A DNA stretch of 64,000 nucleotides, taken from the NCBI GenBank assembly GCA_013265495.1, contig MU061904.1:5084001-5148000 (forward strand). Reading direction: 5' to 3'. Within the stretch, counting starts at the first letter, position 1. Every line of letters starts with the position of its first letter. This DNA comes from Vicugna vicugna. Lineage: Eukaryota. Made by a program: the position numbers and the translations under genes. The notes beneath the pieces are model-generated. The model ran no database searches and was not told the origin of the DNA. It saw only the letters and a program-made list of their open reading frames with translations. Below, piece by piece: positions 62,917 through 64,000 of this stretch.

Positions 62917-64000
62917 CTTGTTTGTTATGCCTTCTACCGCAGGAGAAAATACAGCTCAGACTGGCCTAAGCAGCAAAGAGGACTTGTTGGTTTAGACAGC
63001 TGGGGTGCCTAGAGGAAGATGAACTTCATGGTTGGTCTGTATCATCATGGATCCAGTTACTTTCTGGTTCCCTGCTCTGCATTCCACAACATCAGCTTTA
63101 TCCTAAATCTGGTGTCTTTCAAGTGGCAATGCAGCTGTACCTGTTCATGGGTTATTGTTTTTTTTTTTTCTGATAATGCCATTATTATCAATATTTATCC
63201 CACCTTAAGAAACAGAATATGGAAGTTACAAAAAAGCTAGAATTCCAAATAAGGTTAATAATGTGAATGCTATATTCACATGAAAAAGTTTCTCACTCAT
63301 GGGAACTAAAGACATTATTCAAGGCCCAAAGTTAAACTGTCAAATCACTCAACAGAGTGAATCATTTGATCTGAATAGAAGCAATTATGTAATTGCTTAA
63401 AAATAAATATATAATTGCTTATATATATATATATAAATTAAATACAATCTATTATCGAATTTAATTAAGTGATAAATATTAAGGCTTAGGGCATTTGAGA
63501 ATTAATGACTAGCCTGAAAATTTGATGACCCAAGCAGATTTTTAGACCATTAACCCTCTCTAGTCATTAATTCCCAGAGAAAAGCTATACCAAAGTTGCT
63601 ACGGACATTATGAGATCAAAAGCTTAAAAATAAACCAAGATCTTACTTTATTTTTATAAATGGTGCAATTTCCTATTGCTGCTGAAATTGCGATCTACCA
63701 AGCATTTCTTGAAAATTAATGTCCTGTGTATTTATTAGATGTGATGGAAAATATTTCTCAACATTCCATCAAGCTTGCAATTTTCAATAAAAACCATTAT
63801 CAATATTTAAACATAATATCCTCAAATATTTCTTATTTGCCTGAAACTATCCATTAATGAAAAATGAAACTCTTACTTTAACCGAAAATTGAAATTTGAT
63901 TGTCTCAATCTGTCACTTCTTAAGCACTATCTATTAATATTGATGGTGACATTCCAAGACTGCTAGAGCTGCATCCTTAGGAACCAGAAAGTGTGTCCAC

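Noticed and set aside
61602-64000. Searched for the next upstream DNAH8 exon (expected ..ISMGQGQE..-type sequence)
   Set aside because: Not found; it presumably lies beyond the right edge
1-64000. CRISPR arrays, rRNA, operons or other prokaryotic systems
   Set aside because: The sequence is mammalian, with spliceosomal introns and SINE/LINE/LTR repeats; no repeat-spacer array seen

Overview
Mammalian genomic DNA from a draft assembly with two sized N gaps. It is most likely camelid, inferred from four copies of a tRNA-derived SINE that I recognise as the camelid Vic-1-like family. Two protein-coding genes lie on the minus strand in tandem. The first is the last ten coding exons of axonemal dynein heavy chain 8 (DNAH8), 61601 down to the stop at 20146. 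Every junction is GT-AG, and the exons splice into an uninterrupted 1599-nt frame (532 aa + TAA) covering AAA6, its lid and the C-terminal domain. The second, about 18 kb downstream, is the CpG-island promoter and coding exon 1 (signal peptide) of GLP1R at 1632-1709. The intergenic region holds a decayed full-length RPS2 processed pseudogene. The rest is ordinary mammalian repeat content: MLT1/MaLR LTRs, one ERV1-like solo LTR with a 4-bp TSD, MER5/Charlie hAT elements, old L1, L2, MIR and microsatellites. I found no convincing novel gene or multi-gene system. The best leads are: a strong-Kozak 4-codon uORF ending 10 nt before the GLP1R start; a 33-bp copy of LTR sequence sitting at the centre of a palindromic (CT)n(TA)n..(TA)n(GA)n repeat; a perfect 267-bp tandem duplication; the DNAH8 poly(A) site using a (TG)10 repeat as its downstream element, with an in-frame DNAH8-GLP1R read-through splice possible; and a sharp GC3 shift inside DNAH8. 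Repeat subfamily names and cross-species statements come from recall, not database searches.
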